Shown here in pieces: positions 12,174-24,650 of a DNA stretch of 64,000 nt. The notes below the pieces were generated by a model. It ran no database searches and was not told the origin of the DNA. It was given only the letters and a program-made list of their open reading frames with translations. Positions within the stretch are counted from its first letter, which is position 1; each line of letters starts with the position of its first letter. The DNA comes from Cycas panzhihuaensis. Its lineage: Eukaryota; Plantae; Cycadophyta. The DNA is taken from NCBI GenBank assembly GCA_023213395.1, contig CM041465.1, positions 245,527,741-245,591,740 on the forward strand, read 5' to 3'. Position numbers and translations under genes: made by a program.

Positions 12174-15016
12174 TGTTTCTCACAATCTGGGATCTCGACG
12201 TGGATAGAATTGCAACAAGTAAGTGAAGGTACGTACTCAACTTTTTGTTTTGCATTGTTTTTTTATGACTTGGATCAACTGTTCGTAAGTGTATGCCTGC
12301 ATTTCCCTGTTGATATGCTTGATGGGTTGATTTCCCCTTTGTCGATGATGAGTTTGATCCTGGTCGATATCTATTTGGTTATCCCTTCAAGTTTATTGTG
12401 TTAAGGAAGGCCACTTAGTGCCTCTGCAAAGCTCCATTTGCTTCTTTGCTACTCTGTTTGTGTCTTTCTCCATTCATTTTTGCTCAGTCGGCTTTGTTTT
12501 TCACTTGTTTTGTCTCGTTTTCTTCATAGTTCTCTTTGTCTTTCTCCCCTTTTTGAATTCTGTGTTGGTTGGTGCCTTTTTTGCTTTGTTTTATGCCTAG
12601 CAAGTTAAGTGTTTACTAGTAGTTCACAGTATCGTGAAGATTTTTTATGCTACTACGATAAATCTCGTGGTACCAATTTTTCGAGATGCAAATTTTTTTG
12701 GGCTTGCATTTGGACATGCATTTATGGTGTCCAACTGTTACCCCATTTATTGCCAACCCAATCTTAGGTATGGCCCATTAGTTTAGCAAAACCATGGGTC
12801 CCATGGTTTTGGGCCAATTGCCCATGGATTTGGGCCCATGCTTTCATCTCATTCTATGGGCTTGAAACCATGGGCTAAGCCCCTCACCCTTATCTATAAG
12901 AACCCCCTCCTTTTCTATGTGGAGGGAGGTCAAGAAAATTATCATCACGTTGTCGTTATTTTGCCAGAATCTTGCTAGAAACAAGCGACGCCATTGATTC
13001 ATATCTCTCAACTTCTACCTTGACTTGGAAACTACCACCTAATTGTTTTGAAGAGTCCATTGGTTGGAGAAACTTTGTCATCGATGCCATCTTCACCATT
13101 TGGAATGAGGTAATCCCCTCATCACTCTATGGTAAGTTTGCTTCAAGGTTGGTTGGTTGTTTTTTTCTTCAGTTAATGGAGCATTGGTTTACTTGCATTG
13201 CCTTTCATCGTTGTTATCGCTTTGTTGCTGGTCTTTTGTTTTCATTTTGCTTGTTTTTTTCTTGTCCATGTGTCAGGTAACTTTGCAAGGGGAAAAGTGG
13301 CCAAGTATTACTTGGCAAACTATTGCATGAAGGGGACTGCCATTTCTGAGGCCCCATTTCCCCTAACTCATTAAGCCATTAGGTTTGCATGTTAGTAGTG
13401 TCCTTTTGTTGAGATTTTGGTACATTTTTCATATTGTAGATAGTTTTCTCTTAGTTGTATTGTAGGTGGAAGGCCCATAGGCGAGAGTCTTTCTCTCTAG
13501 AAGCAAGAAGTTTAGCTCTTCCATTTATTCATTTTTTTATTGCCGAATTTGGAGTGTTTGGGGCGATTTGGGGTCTCATTCTCCTCCTTTCTTTTCTCTC
13601 CTTCTCGTCTACCTTGCCATAAAAAATCAAGGGCCTGTTGTGTAATTGGAGTGTTGCCAAATTTTCTCCATAATCCAATTATACGAGGTACATATAAATT
13701 TCATTTTTTTTGGTTTTCATCGTATTTGAGTTTAGTTAATTTTTTTTTTTTTTGTTATAAGGTGATTCGGCAAGCAAAAATGCTATCGGATTTTTATTAG
13801 AAATCTATGTTTCCATAAGATGCATGTTCAACTAACTTGGCTCGAAGCTTATATGGTGATTTGGCGTGTGGTGAGTTACTGAAAAATACAAAAAATTGTG
13901 GTTTTGCGTGGATTACCAAGTATTTTTTGTGAGTCCCACTCAAAGGTGGTTTTTTTTTTTTGTATTTTAAGCACACAAAAAGAAGAAGAAGAGAGAAATG
14001 TTCTTTTTGGCATTTTAGTTTATTTTCATAAAACAAAAAGGGTAGGATTGTTTGACTTGATTACTTATTTGAGCAGAGTTTGCATGATATCTTTCTGCCC
14101 TTGTTTGTAGGATTTGATTTATGTTTTTGAAAGGAAAATGAAAAAGAACAGGAAAAGAAGGTTTCGGGGGTAGAGTTGGGGATAAAAAAGATTCTTTTCC
14201 GATTTGCATTCTGTATTGCACACTACATTTCTTGTTTGGCAATGTGTGTTTGTTTTTTAGAGGTTTAACGAAGGAGAGGGTCACACTTGTTGCGAGTTTT
14301 TAAATCTGAGACTATAGTCGTTTTTGCTAGTTAGGACTTTTTGTTGTTCGCATTCAATCAAACGTGCATGTTACCTGCATTTAGGTGTTTGTTGTTTTCT
14401 TCTCTAGTCTTTTTTAGGAACTAGGGTCCATTCTCGTATCGACGAGGGGGGTTTGACGCCTTTTTGCTTGGATTTTATTATTAGATGAGGGTCCTGGTCT
14501 TGTGCTTCCAGGTGCGTTGAGTCCTCCATATCTGTGTTCCGAATAGGTGGTTGAAGTGCGTTTGACATCACCACGTGCTAACGTGTGGGGTATGGTCAAG
14601 AAAATGAACTTCATCTCTCTCGTTGAGAGCGGTGCCCTTGTCCTCTTCACCTATTGGAAGCTTGAGGCTCGTTGGAATCAGATGTGGGCACTACTAGGCC
14701 GCTCTTACATTCTTGTGAGGGTCATTGTCAATATTGACCGAGCCCCCACCACCTTATCCATGAGCGGATCAAACCTATGGTCCTAATTTCTTCAAGCCTT
14801 TTACTCTGGGCTATCCTTTCCTCATTCTTATGGATTGAGTCTGTTGTTCTAGGTCAATTAAGAGTCGGGTGGGTTAGGACAGGTTAGTAGCTTGGGGGAT
14901 TATAGATTCCTTAAGTTAGGTACATAGATCATGTAGGAGTTGCGAGCATTCGTGCTTGATCGCCTCCTTTGCACTTTGAGGGCTTTTGACTGCTGTTTAG
15001 TCCTTTCGAGGATGCT
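12174..15016 (+). repeat. Long 3' LTR (at least 2.8 kb) of the Tat-like element, left arm of the giant inverted repeat
   Basis: Starts tgtttctcacaat right after PPT 12163-12173. TATA-like ctataag at ~12894. Homologous in reverse complement to 39848-37070 and 26530-25437. Confidence 0.8.
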
Positions 15017-15768
15017 AGTCTAGGAACTAATTGACATTATCTTAGTTCTCGCTAGTTTCCCATTCAACTGCCTTTCTTGGTTGGTGCACGATTGTTTCTC
15101 ATCTGTCTGTTTGTACCGTTTGCTTCCATTAATAACATTTGCACTCATTTTGGTTCTTATCTAACACGTAGCATACATACACATTGTTGCTCTTAGATCT
15201 TAATTATTTCAAGCCAACAACTTCTTCTCCTACAATCGCATACATGTGATGCATGAACGCCTTGTGATCATATGTTCGCGTTCTCCTTTGCCTTCCAGAT
15301 TTGTTGCAAAGAAGTGTTTTGGGTGCCCTCTAACGGGGATACAGAGAGAGAGAGGACGTACAAAACACTACTTTGCGACGTGCAAAACACTACTTTGTGA
15401 CGGGTCGCTAGGGGCATGGAGGAATCAAGTAAAGGAAGATGCAAACATACATCCCCCGTACAATGCTTCTGCATATTGTATACGTAGTTGTGAAAACACT
15501 GCTTTGCAACAAATCCTTAGAGCGTGGAGGAATCTGGCAAATGAGGATATGAACATACGCCCCCCGCAGAGTGCTCATGTGTCTTGTGTATGTGATTGTG
15601 GGATAGGAAGTTGTTGACTTGAACTAGTTACAATCTAAGCGCAACAATGTGTGTGTGCGCTACATGCTAGATGGGGATCAAAACAAACCAAAACAAGTGC
15701 AAATGTTGCTAATAGTATTAAACAATGCAAGCAGACGGATGAGTATTAGTAGTTCACCAACCAACAAA
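15017..15768. mobile_element. Foldback/MITE-like element, left copy (one TIR shortened by ~56 bp)
   Basis: Internal inverted arms (e.g. aacatttgcact / agtgcaaatgtt) and ~120-bp tandem subrepeats (aaaacact.ctttgc..ggaggaatc). Reverse-complement homologue of 24651-25436. Confidence 0.7.
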
Positions 15769-18700
15769 TTCTTGACCAGTGATTGCAAGATCGTCCATAT
15801 AGAGAACTATGATTATGATCAAGTTATCTCTAACCCGAATGTACAAATCTGGGTTAGAGGGTGAATGATTGAATCCATGCTGGACAAGGAAGGCATCAAT
15901 TGCGTACGAGGCATGTGGTGCCTGCTTAAGTCCATATAAGGATTTCTTGAACTTGCAGACTAAGTGTTCCTAGCCTGGAACAGCATAGCCAGGGGGTTGT
16001 TTCAAGAAAACCTCTTCTTTGAGCTCTCCATTGAAGAAAACACTCTTCACATCCATCTGGTAAACAAGCCAATTGAATTGGGCTGCTAGGGACATAACCA
16101 AATGGAATGTGGTCATGTTGGCTATCGGTGCAAAGGTTTCATCAAAGTTAATCCCCTCCTGTTGTTTCAAACCTCTTGTTGCAAGGTGAGCTTTGTGATG
16201 CTCGATGGTGCCATTTGCATGGAATTTTGTCTTGTATAACCATCTACAATCAATGGCCTTTTTTCTAGGTGGCAATTCAGTCAGCTCCCAAGTGCCATTT
16301 TTTATAATGGAGTTCATCTCTTCATCCATAACTACTTTCCATGTTTGGTCTTTGACTGCCTCCTCAAACATGGAAGGCTCAGGTGTTTCAAGGATATGTG
16401 CCATTAAGGCAAAATTTGTGGAGTCTCATTTTTGAAGGACTTTTGGCAGCTGTGGCAGGAGGAGGAGCATCCTTTAATAGTTGTTGTACCCACTTAGGAG
16501 ATGGTTGAATGCTAATGGCTTCTATTTGAAGGGCATCAACTAAAATTGGTGGCAAGGTTGTGTTTAGTCGAGTTGTTAATGTAGAGGCTGTTGGAATTGA
16601 TGTAAGGACCTAGAGTGTAGGAGGAGGTTGGTACTGGTGGCTCCAGAATTTGTCCAGAAGTCACTTGAAATGTACCAACTTCATCTGTAGCTACAAACTT
16701 AGGTTGGGGTGGAGTCGGGTCCTGTGTATCTTCTGCAAATATTACATCCGTGTTGTGTAAGCTTGGTTTCCTACTGTGTCAAACACTTTGTAGGCTTTGC
16801 AACCAGGTACATAGCCAAGAAAGATGCATTTCAGGCTCTTGTCATCAAGCTTCTTTTTGTTGTCCTTTAAAACAAGTTTATAGGCTGCGCATCCAAAAAT
16901 CTTCAGGTGTGCTACTGTTGGTTTTTGACCTGACAAAGCTTCTTCAGGAGTAATGTTCCTAACCACAGCTGTGGGACTTATGTTGGTTAGGTATGTAGTT
17001 GTGGCTATGGCATCAATCCAAAATCTGGTGGCTAGATTTGCAGCACTAAGCATGGCTTTCCCTTTATTCACCAATGTCTAGTTCATCCTTTTGACTGTAC
17101 CGTTTTGTTGTGGTGTGCTGAGAATTGGCGTTGGATACCATGTTCCTTGCAAAAGTTGTTGAACTGATTGGAGATATACTCACCACCATTATCCGATTTG
17201 AGGATCTTGACTGTCATACCACTTTCATTTTCAATAGTAGCTTTGACCTCTTTGAATTTGTTTAGGGCTTGGTACTTGTTTCTCAAGAAATAGATTCACA
17301 TTTTACTTAAGAAGTTATCTATGAATGTGATGAAATACATGCTTCCATTGAGTGATTGGATTGACTTGGGCCTACAGATGTCTGAGGAGACCAATTCTAA
17401 TGGTGCTGAGGCTCTCTATGTATTTTTGAAAGGAAATTTTTCTTTTTGCTGTTTTCCCTTGAGGCATGCCTCACATATGTTGTTGTATCTCTTAATTTTT
17501 GGTAAACCATGTACCATTTGAAGCCTAGACGTAAGGATCAAGGCTTGCATATTTAAATGACTAAGGCGTTGATGCCATAATTGGTCTTTAGTGCTGTTTG
17601 GGGTGACAATGTCATTTGAATGTGAGCATTCACTTGATTTCTGAATATAAGGGGACTCTTCAACAATTATATCTTTTCCTTTATCAAGTTGAGTTGTATT
17701 GGCCATTGAGTAGGATTCGTTTTGTTGAGTAATGGCAATGGGGACACCATCCAACCTGTATAAACCATCATTTTCATGTCCTGTGGCTACAAATTTATTT
17801 ATTGCATGATCTGTGATTTTACAAATGCCCTAGTTGAAGAAGACATCTAAATTCTACTTGTCCATCTAGCTAATGGAGAGCAGATTCATCTTCATTCCTG
17901 GTATAAGAAACACATTGTTGATGTGGTGCTTGATGCTGGAATCTTTCAAGGCTATTGGAGCACTATCAATTTTGGTCACATCATAAGTCAAATTATCACC
18001 AAATGTGTCCCCAAAGGGATAGTCTAGTGGTGGGCTACCCCTATTCTCGGATGCTTGGCTGTGGATCGATCATGGGGGCTGTCGTAGTGTGTTCCATGCG
18101 TACTCAGCTGGAGGCCGCAGATGTTAAAAGTTGTCCCCCTGAGTACCATGAGTGGGGTATAGGTGGGTGGGTGCATGTGTGTGTGCATCTAGATTCCCCC
18201 TCACGCGAATCAAAAATGAAAAAAATTATCACCAAATGTGACAGTTTGGGTGCTTATTGGGTAGGTCTCTTCCAACCTATTCTCTGAATGAGTCATGTGT
18301 TTCGCTGCACCTGAGTCTAGGAGCCAAGAATTCTCAACAAGTTGCGAAAAAAGAGCTATAAAGAACATGTTATGGGAGGAGGGATCTTGATTGTCTCCCA
18401 CATTGTCTCATTGTTGTTGATTGTTTTGTTGGTTCCTTTGATTTCTGTTGTGGAACTGTTGCTTGTTCTGTGGTCTTTGGCTCTGAGTAGGTCTAGGATT
18501 CCAATTCTGTTGGTAGAATTGACCTTGTGGTTGAAATGATGGCCCTTCTTATGGGTAGTAAGGGCCTCCTTGATGTGAAACAGGGCCATCTTGTTGGAAA
18601 TAGGGGCCTTCTTGTTACAAAATGGGCCCTCTCTGTTGTGGATAAAGGGCTCCTTCTAGAGGGCATGGTCTTCCTTGTTGATAGCCTTGTCTCTGTTGAG

Positions 18701-20754
18701 GGTAACTTAGACCTCCTTGTTGATATGGGGGTGCTCCTTGTTGGTAAAATGGGGTTGGTTGTTGATAATAAGGGGCAGCTTGTTGGAAGTTAGGCCTATG
18801 TGATTGACTCCATTGATTTTGCAAGAGTTGCAAATCAACTTGATGTCTTCTGCATTCAACAGTTAAGGTGTCCGATTTTACCACAAAGAAGGCAGGTGAC
18901 ATTTGGTCTACTCTATTAGTTCTTTTGAGGTTGATATTGTGTTTGTTGTTGATGCTGCTGACATGGATTGGAGGAGGAGGTGCCAACTGGTTGTTGTTGT
19001 TGTTGAGTTGGCTGCTGATGTGGCTCTTGAGAGATGGTGAAAGAGTCCAATTGTTGAGCTAGATTCTGGTGTTGATTAAACTGTTGAACTGTTCGATTGA
19101 CAATCTTGGCATTTTTTGAATTAGGAGTTGTATAGGTAAGGGTTGAGTCAGATGTATATGTAACCCCAAGTCGATTGAGTATGTTATCTTCTCATAATAA
19201 GAGCATCTCAAAGGTTATGAAGTGCATTTTTGAATAATTGTCATGTAGTTTAGAGACAAAGGAGTTATATTCTATAGGTAAGATGTTTAGGATGATAGAA
19301 ATTAAGTCATGATTTGAAGGTGGTTCAACTATGATTATAAATTGGTTCTTAATGGTTTTAATTTCAGTTAAGTGGTTTGTAACATTGCTAGCAAAAGAGA
19401 TTGGAAATAGACAAGCTTTAAGGGTTAAGGATCTAGATTCATCCTCTATCATAGAGGACACAAAGCATGGTTTATGCCTCATGAGATGTTTGGGCTGTAA
19501 CATTATCCTTAGCTTTGAAGTTAACTAAGGCTACAAGATTAGGTGGAATGGCTTTAGTGGAGTCATTTAGATTTGTCGTAGGTTTAAGAAGGGGTATGTC
19601 TCCATTGACATAAGCCCAAAAGTCATTCATGATAAGAAGGCTTTTAACTTGTTCTTTCCATGGTATGAAATTGTTAATGGCATGAACTTTAATGTTGATA
19701 GAGAGTAGCATCTGTGATGCCTTTTTTTTGTTTTGTTTTGTATCTTTGAAGGTTTTGTGCTTGTGAACTAATTTACCTAGATTTTGTGCCATCTATGAAA
19801 GTTTTCGATTACTATCCTGTCTAGTTGCGTCTGCCCACGGGTGGCAAACAAGGGATCCAATATACTAGTACGTGAGTTCAAGGCTCGATATACTTCAGTA
19901 CGTGGACTGCAATGAAGGTTTAAGACCCCTTTGATTTGTCTCCTAACCTGCGCCGAACTTATACTTAACGACAGATCTAGCGGTGAGAATTTGATTAACT
20001 AATGTACTCACCCCCTCTGAGTCTAGCCTAGTCTCCAAACTCCAATAGGAAAGTTATACACCTCAGCCTGCCACCTATTACATCTTATAGCCAATGGTTT
20101 CCTCAACAAATTAGAGTAGACCAATGGTGTGTACGGGTGGTAACTTTAGAGGTCCTAACCATTCCCCTTGCAAGGTTGGAAATAGAAGATTAATTAGGAA
20201 ATTATATTTTTTAATGTAAAAAGATTGATTTTATGGTGAGGTATTACAAACAAAATGTTCTTTTCAAGCAAAATAAATGAAATAAAGATGAAAATAAAGG
20301 AAATGAAAAGACATGAATGGGTTTAGAGTGCTTTTTGATAGGTCATCCACAAGAGCATATCGACTTTCTAAGAGCAACAACTACAAAAAAACCAACACCA
20401 TGCACTTGTTAGCTTGAAAAACAGAATTAAACAGTTGATTAAAAATTACCAACAACATAAAGTTGCACATGAACTTTTGAAGAATTAAAATAAACTTTTT
20501 AAAAAAATGAAGAAAAGACTCAAATATGCTCAAACACTAAGGTTCAATTTGACAGCTTATAACTTCAGCAAAAACAACTTCAAATTAGGCTCAATCTGAT
20601 CCTAGTACGTAGAGCTTTGAATCATCTTTTCGACGATTCAGACAGTTTGAAAAATAGACTTACAATTGCTGAAATATAGCTAAAACAATGCAGGTACTCT
20701 TTTATGAAAAAAATTCAGAAGAGGATGGGCTTAAGCCGCTTTAAAACCTAGCCC
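15769..20754 (-). mobile_element. Dead Ty1/copia fragment (leader, gag, PR, IN, RT up to YMDD), no LTRs
   Basis: ORFs 19472-19792 and 19192-19503 (gag), SWLLDSGA (PR), LWHQRLSH..CEAC and SDNGGEY (IN), VYQMDVKS, YGLKQAP, LYMDD (RT). Confidence 0.9.
18008..18222 (+). mobile_element. tRNA-derived SINE (~215 bp) inserted in the copia protease
   Basis: A box tagtctagtgg (18020-18030), B-box-like ggatcgatc (18063-18071), A-rich tail, 18-bp TSD aaattatcaccaaatgtg (17990-18007 / 18223-18240). Confidence 0.85.
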
Positions 20755-22859
20755 ATATATTTGATAAAAGTTTGGGTCCATAAGCCCCCTAACTGCATCA
20801 GCGGGTGGTCACATGTAGTTTGTAGGCAATTAGGGGCTAGTTTTTGAAGGGGCTTAAGTCCATTTTCCATTAGATTTTTTTTCATAAAAGGGTACCTTCA
20901 CTATTTTGGCTATATCTCAGCAACTGTTAAGTCCGTTTTCCAAACCATCTGGATTGTAGAAAATAGGATTCAAAGTTTTACAGACTAGGGTTAGATTGAG
21001 CCTGATTTGAAGTCGTTTTGCTAAAGTTATAAGCTGTCAAAGTGGACCTTGGTGTTTGACCATATTTGAGTATTTTTTTCGCTTTTTTAAGGCTTATTTT
21101 TGGTGTTTTAGTAGTTCTTGTGCTACTTTATGTTGTTGGTAATCTTTAATCAACTGTCTAGTTTTGTTTTTAATGCTAACAAGTGCATGGTGTTGGTTTT
21201 TTGTAGGTGTTGCTCTTTGATGGTTGATATGATTCTCTCTTATGCATGACCTATCAAAGAGCACTCTAAACCCATCATTGTCTTTTCATTTTCTTTATTT
21301 CAATTATTTTGTTTGAAAAGAACCTTTTACTTGTAATAACTCAACGTAAAATCAATGTTTTTACATTAAAAAGATAATTTCCTAATTAATATTCTATTTC
21401 TAACCTTGTAAGGGGAATGGTTAGGACCTTTGAAGTTATCACCTCGCACATGCCATTGGTGTACTCTCATTTGTTGGAAAACCATTGACTATAAGGTGTA
21501 ATAGGTGGTAGGTTGAGGCATATACTTTTCTTATTGGAGTTTGGTGAGGGGGTGAGTGCCTCAGTTAGTTAAGTTCTCACCGTTAGATTTGTCGCTAGGC
21601 ATAAGTCCGACATAGGTGGAGAAACAAATCAGGGGGGTCCTAGACTTTCGTTGCAGTTCACATATTGAGATATATCAAGCCTTGAACTCACGTAACCGTA
21701 TGTCGGGTCCCTGGTTTGCCACTTGTGGGCAAGCGGCACTAGACATGATAGTAATCGAGAACTTTCCTAGAGACCCTTGAAGCTTAGACTTCTAGATTAG
21801 TAGTCCCCTAGGTAGATTAGTTCACAAGCACAAAACCTTAAAGATACAAAACAAAAGAAAAACTTAAAAAAAATAGATGGTATCACAAATGCTACTCTCC
21901 AACATAATTAAACTAAATGGTATCAACAATTTCATACCATGGAAAAGACAAGTTAAAAATTTACTTAGAATGAATGATTTTTGGGCCTATGTAAATGGAG
22001 ACATATCCCTACATATGCCAACAAAAGATCACATCGATTCTACCATCACAATTCCTCTTGATCCTGTAGCCTTAAATAATTTCAAAGCTAAGGATAATGT
22101 TGCCCTATCCTTCCTCCACTTGGTTGCTTAAGACCAAGTGGACCAAAATATCGAAACAACCCAAACATCTCGTGAGGCATGGACCATACTTTGTGCCCTG
22201 TATGAGAGAAATGATGAATCTAGATCTTTAACCCTTAAAGTTCGCCTATTTGCAATTCCTTTTGCTGACAATGTTATAAACCACTTGACTGATGTTAAAG
22301 CCTTTAAGAATCAACTTATAATCTTAGGAAAACTACCTTCAGATCATGACTTAATCTCTAGCATCTTAAACATCTTGCTCATAGAATATAACCCCTTTAT
22401 CTCTAATCTACATGACAATTATTCAAAAATGGACTTCATAACCTTTGAGAGACTCTTGTTACGAGAGGAAAACACACTCAATCGACTTGGGGTTACATCT
22501 ACATCTGAGTCTGCCCCTACCTTTACAACCTATAATTTAGAAAATGGTAAGATTGTCAATAGAGCAACTCAACAACTTAGTCAGCATCAAGACCTAACTC
22601 AACAATTGGATTCTCTCACCATCTCTCAAGAGCCGCATTAACAACTAACTTAGTAGTAGCAACAACCAGTTGGCACCTCCTTCAATCCAATTCATCAGTT
22701 TCAACAATCTCAACAACAACCACATAGTCAACTTCAAAAGAACCAACAAAGTAGACCAAATGTCAGCTGCCTCTACCATGGAAAAATTGAACATTTAGTC
22801 GTTGAATGTAGGAGATCTCAAGCTGATTTGCAACTCTTGCAAAATCAAGGGAGCTAATC

Positions 22860-23135
22860 ATATGGGCCTAGCTTTCAACAAGTTGTCCCATATTATGAAC
22901 AACCAACCCTTTCTTACCATTAAGGAGCACCCTCATATCAACAAGGAGGTCCAAACTACTATCAACAGAGACGAGTTTATCAACAAGGAGGATCATGCCC
23001 TCCACAGGGAGCCCGTTTCCCACAACAAGGAGATCCCATTCAGCAACAAGGTGACCCCTATTACCATCAAGGTGGCCTTGTTCAACAACAAGGAGGCCCT
23101 TATTATCCACAAGGAGGGCCATCATTCCAACCATA
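22860..23135 (+). repeat. 21-bp periodic repeat encoding Q/G/P/Y heptads in Gag (mirror copy ~18530-18800)
   Basis: caacaagg-like units at 22981, 23002, 23023, 23044, 23065, 23086 and 23107. Confidence 0.8.
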
Positions 23136-23435
23136 AGGCCAATTCTATCAACATAATTGGAATCCAAGACCTACTGAACGCCAAAGAGCTTAGAACAAGT
23201 AGCGATTCCTCAACAGAAATCAAAGGAACGAACAAAACAATCAACAACAAGGAGGCAATGTGGGAGACAATCAGGATCCCTCCTCCCATAACATGTTCTT
23301 TGCAACCCTTTCGTCTCAACTTGATGAAAATTCATGGCTCCTTGACTCAGGTGCAACAAGACACATGATTGGTTCAGAGAAGATGTTGGAAGAGACCTAC
23401 CCAATAAGCATCGAAACCTTCACATTTGGTGATAA

Positions 23436-23653
23436 ATTTTTTATTTTTTGATTTGCGTAAGGGGGAATCTAGACGCACACACACACGCATGCACCCACCT
23501 ATACCCCACTCATGGTACTCAGGGGGACAACTTTTAACGTCGACGACCTCAAGCTGAGTATGCTTGGAACCCACTACGATGACCCTCAGGATCGATCTGC
23601 AGCCAAGCACCCGAGAATGGGGGTAGCCCACCACTAGACCATCCCTTTGGGGA
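23436..23653 (-). mobile_element. tRNA-derived SINE, second copy at the orthologous site
   Basis: A box tggtctagtgg, B-box-like agatcgatcc, poly-A tail, TSD cacatttggtgataa at 23421-23435 and 23654-23668. Confidence 0.85.
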
Positions 23654-24650
23654 CACATTTGGTGATAATTTGATTTATGATGTGACCAAAATTGATAGGG
23701 CTCCAATAGCCTTGAAAGATTTCAACATCAAACACCACATCAACAATGTGTTTTTTGTACGAAGAATGAAGATGAACTTGCTCTCCATTAGCCAGATGAA
23801 CAAGCAGAATTTAGATGTCATCTTTAGCCAAAGCATTTGTAAAATCACAGATCATGCAACAGGTAAACTTGTGGCCACAGGACATGAAGATGGTGGTTTA
23901 TACAGGTTGGATGGTGTCCCCTTTGCCACTACTCAATAAAATGAATCTTACTCAATGGCCAACATAGCTCAACTTGATAAGGGGAAAGATGTAATTGTTG
24001 AAGAGTCCCCTTGTATTTAGGAACTAAGTGAATGCTCACATTCAAAGGACATTGTCACCTCAAACAACTCAAAAGACCAATTATTACATCAACGCCTTGG
24101 TCATTTAAATATGCAAAGCTTGAACCTTATGTTTAGGCTTTAAATGGTACGTGGTTTACCAAAAATTAAGAGATACAACAATATATTTGAGGCTTGCCTA
24201 AAGGGAAAGCATCAGACAGAAAAGTTCCCTTTACAGAATGCATGGAAAACCTCACAACCGTTAGAGTTGGTCCACTTAGACATTTGTGGGTCCATGTCAA
24301 TCCAGTCACTCAATGGGAGCCTATATTTCATCACATTCATATATGACTTCTCAAGAAAAGTGTGGGTCTACTTTTCGAGAAACAAGTACTAAGCCTTAGA
24401 CAAATTCAAAGGGTTCAAAGCTGCACTTGAAAATGAAAGTGGTATGACAATCAAGACTCTTAGATTAGATAACGGTGGTGAGTATATCTTCAATCAGTTC
24501 AACAACTTTTGCAAGGAATATGGTATCCCATGCCAATTTTCAGCACTTCACACACCACAACAAAATGGTTTAGCCGAAAAGATGAACTAGACATTGGTGA
24601 ACGAAGGAAGAGGCATGCTTAGTGCTGCAAATCTTGTCACCAGATTTTGA

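Larger units (their letters stand above)
2044..15016 (+). mobile_element. Degenerate, probably non-autonomous Tat/Ogre-like Ty3/gypsy LTR retrotransposon (internal region plus interrupted 3' LTR)
   Basis: Contains gag, a CX2HX4HX4C knuckle, a protease, an aRH remnant and PPT aagggggcaag directly before TG at 12174. No RT recognised. The 5' boundary rests only on a weak PBS-like motif. Confidence 0.7.
20834..24650 (+). mobile_element. Dead Ty1/copia fragment (leader, gag, PR, partial IN), mirror copy of 17020-20754
   Basis: gag ATG at 21877, ORFs 22138-22641, 23260-23451 (SWLLDSGA) and 24144-24392 (LVHLDICG). Truncated by the foldback element at 24651. Confidence 0.9.

Noticed and set aside
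14547-14786. Recurrent ORF ..ANVWGMV.KMNFIS..WELEARWNQM (also 25689, 28663)
   Set aside because: Lies in the LTR subrepeat, has inconsistent starts and stops, and no recognisable domain.
18008-18080. tRNA gene
   Set aside because: A/B boxes are present but there is no convincing cloverleaf. Tail and TSD indicate a SINE.
22860-23135. CRISPR-like regular repeats (also 61790-62045)
   Set aside because: No unique spacers and no cas genes. These are coding or minisatellite repeats in a eukaryotic TE.
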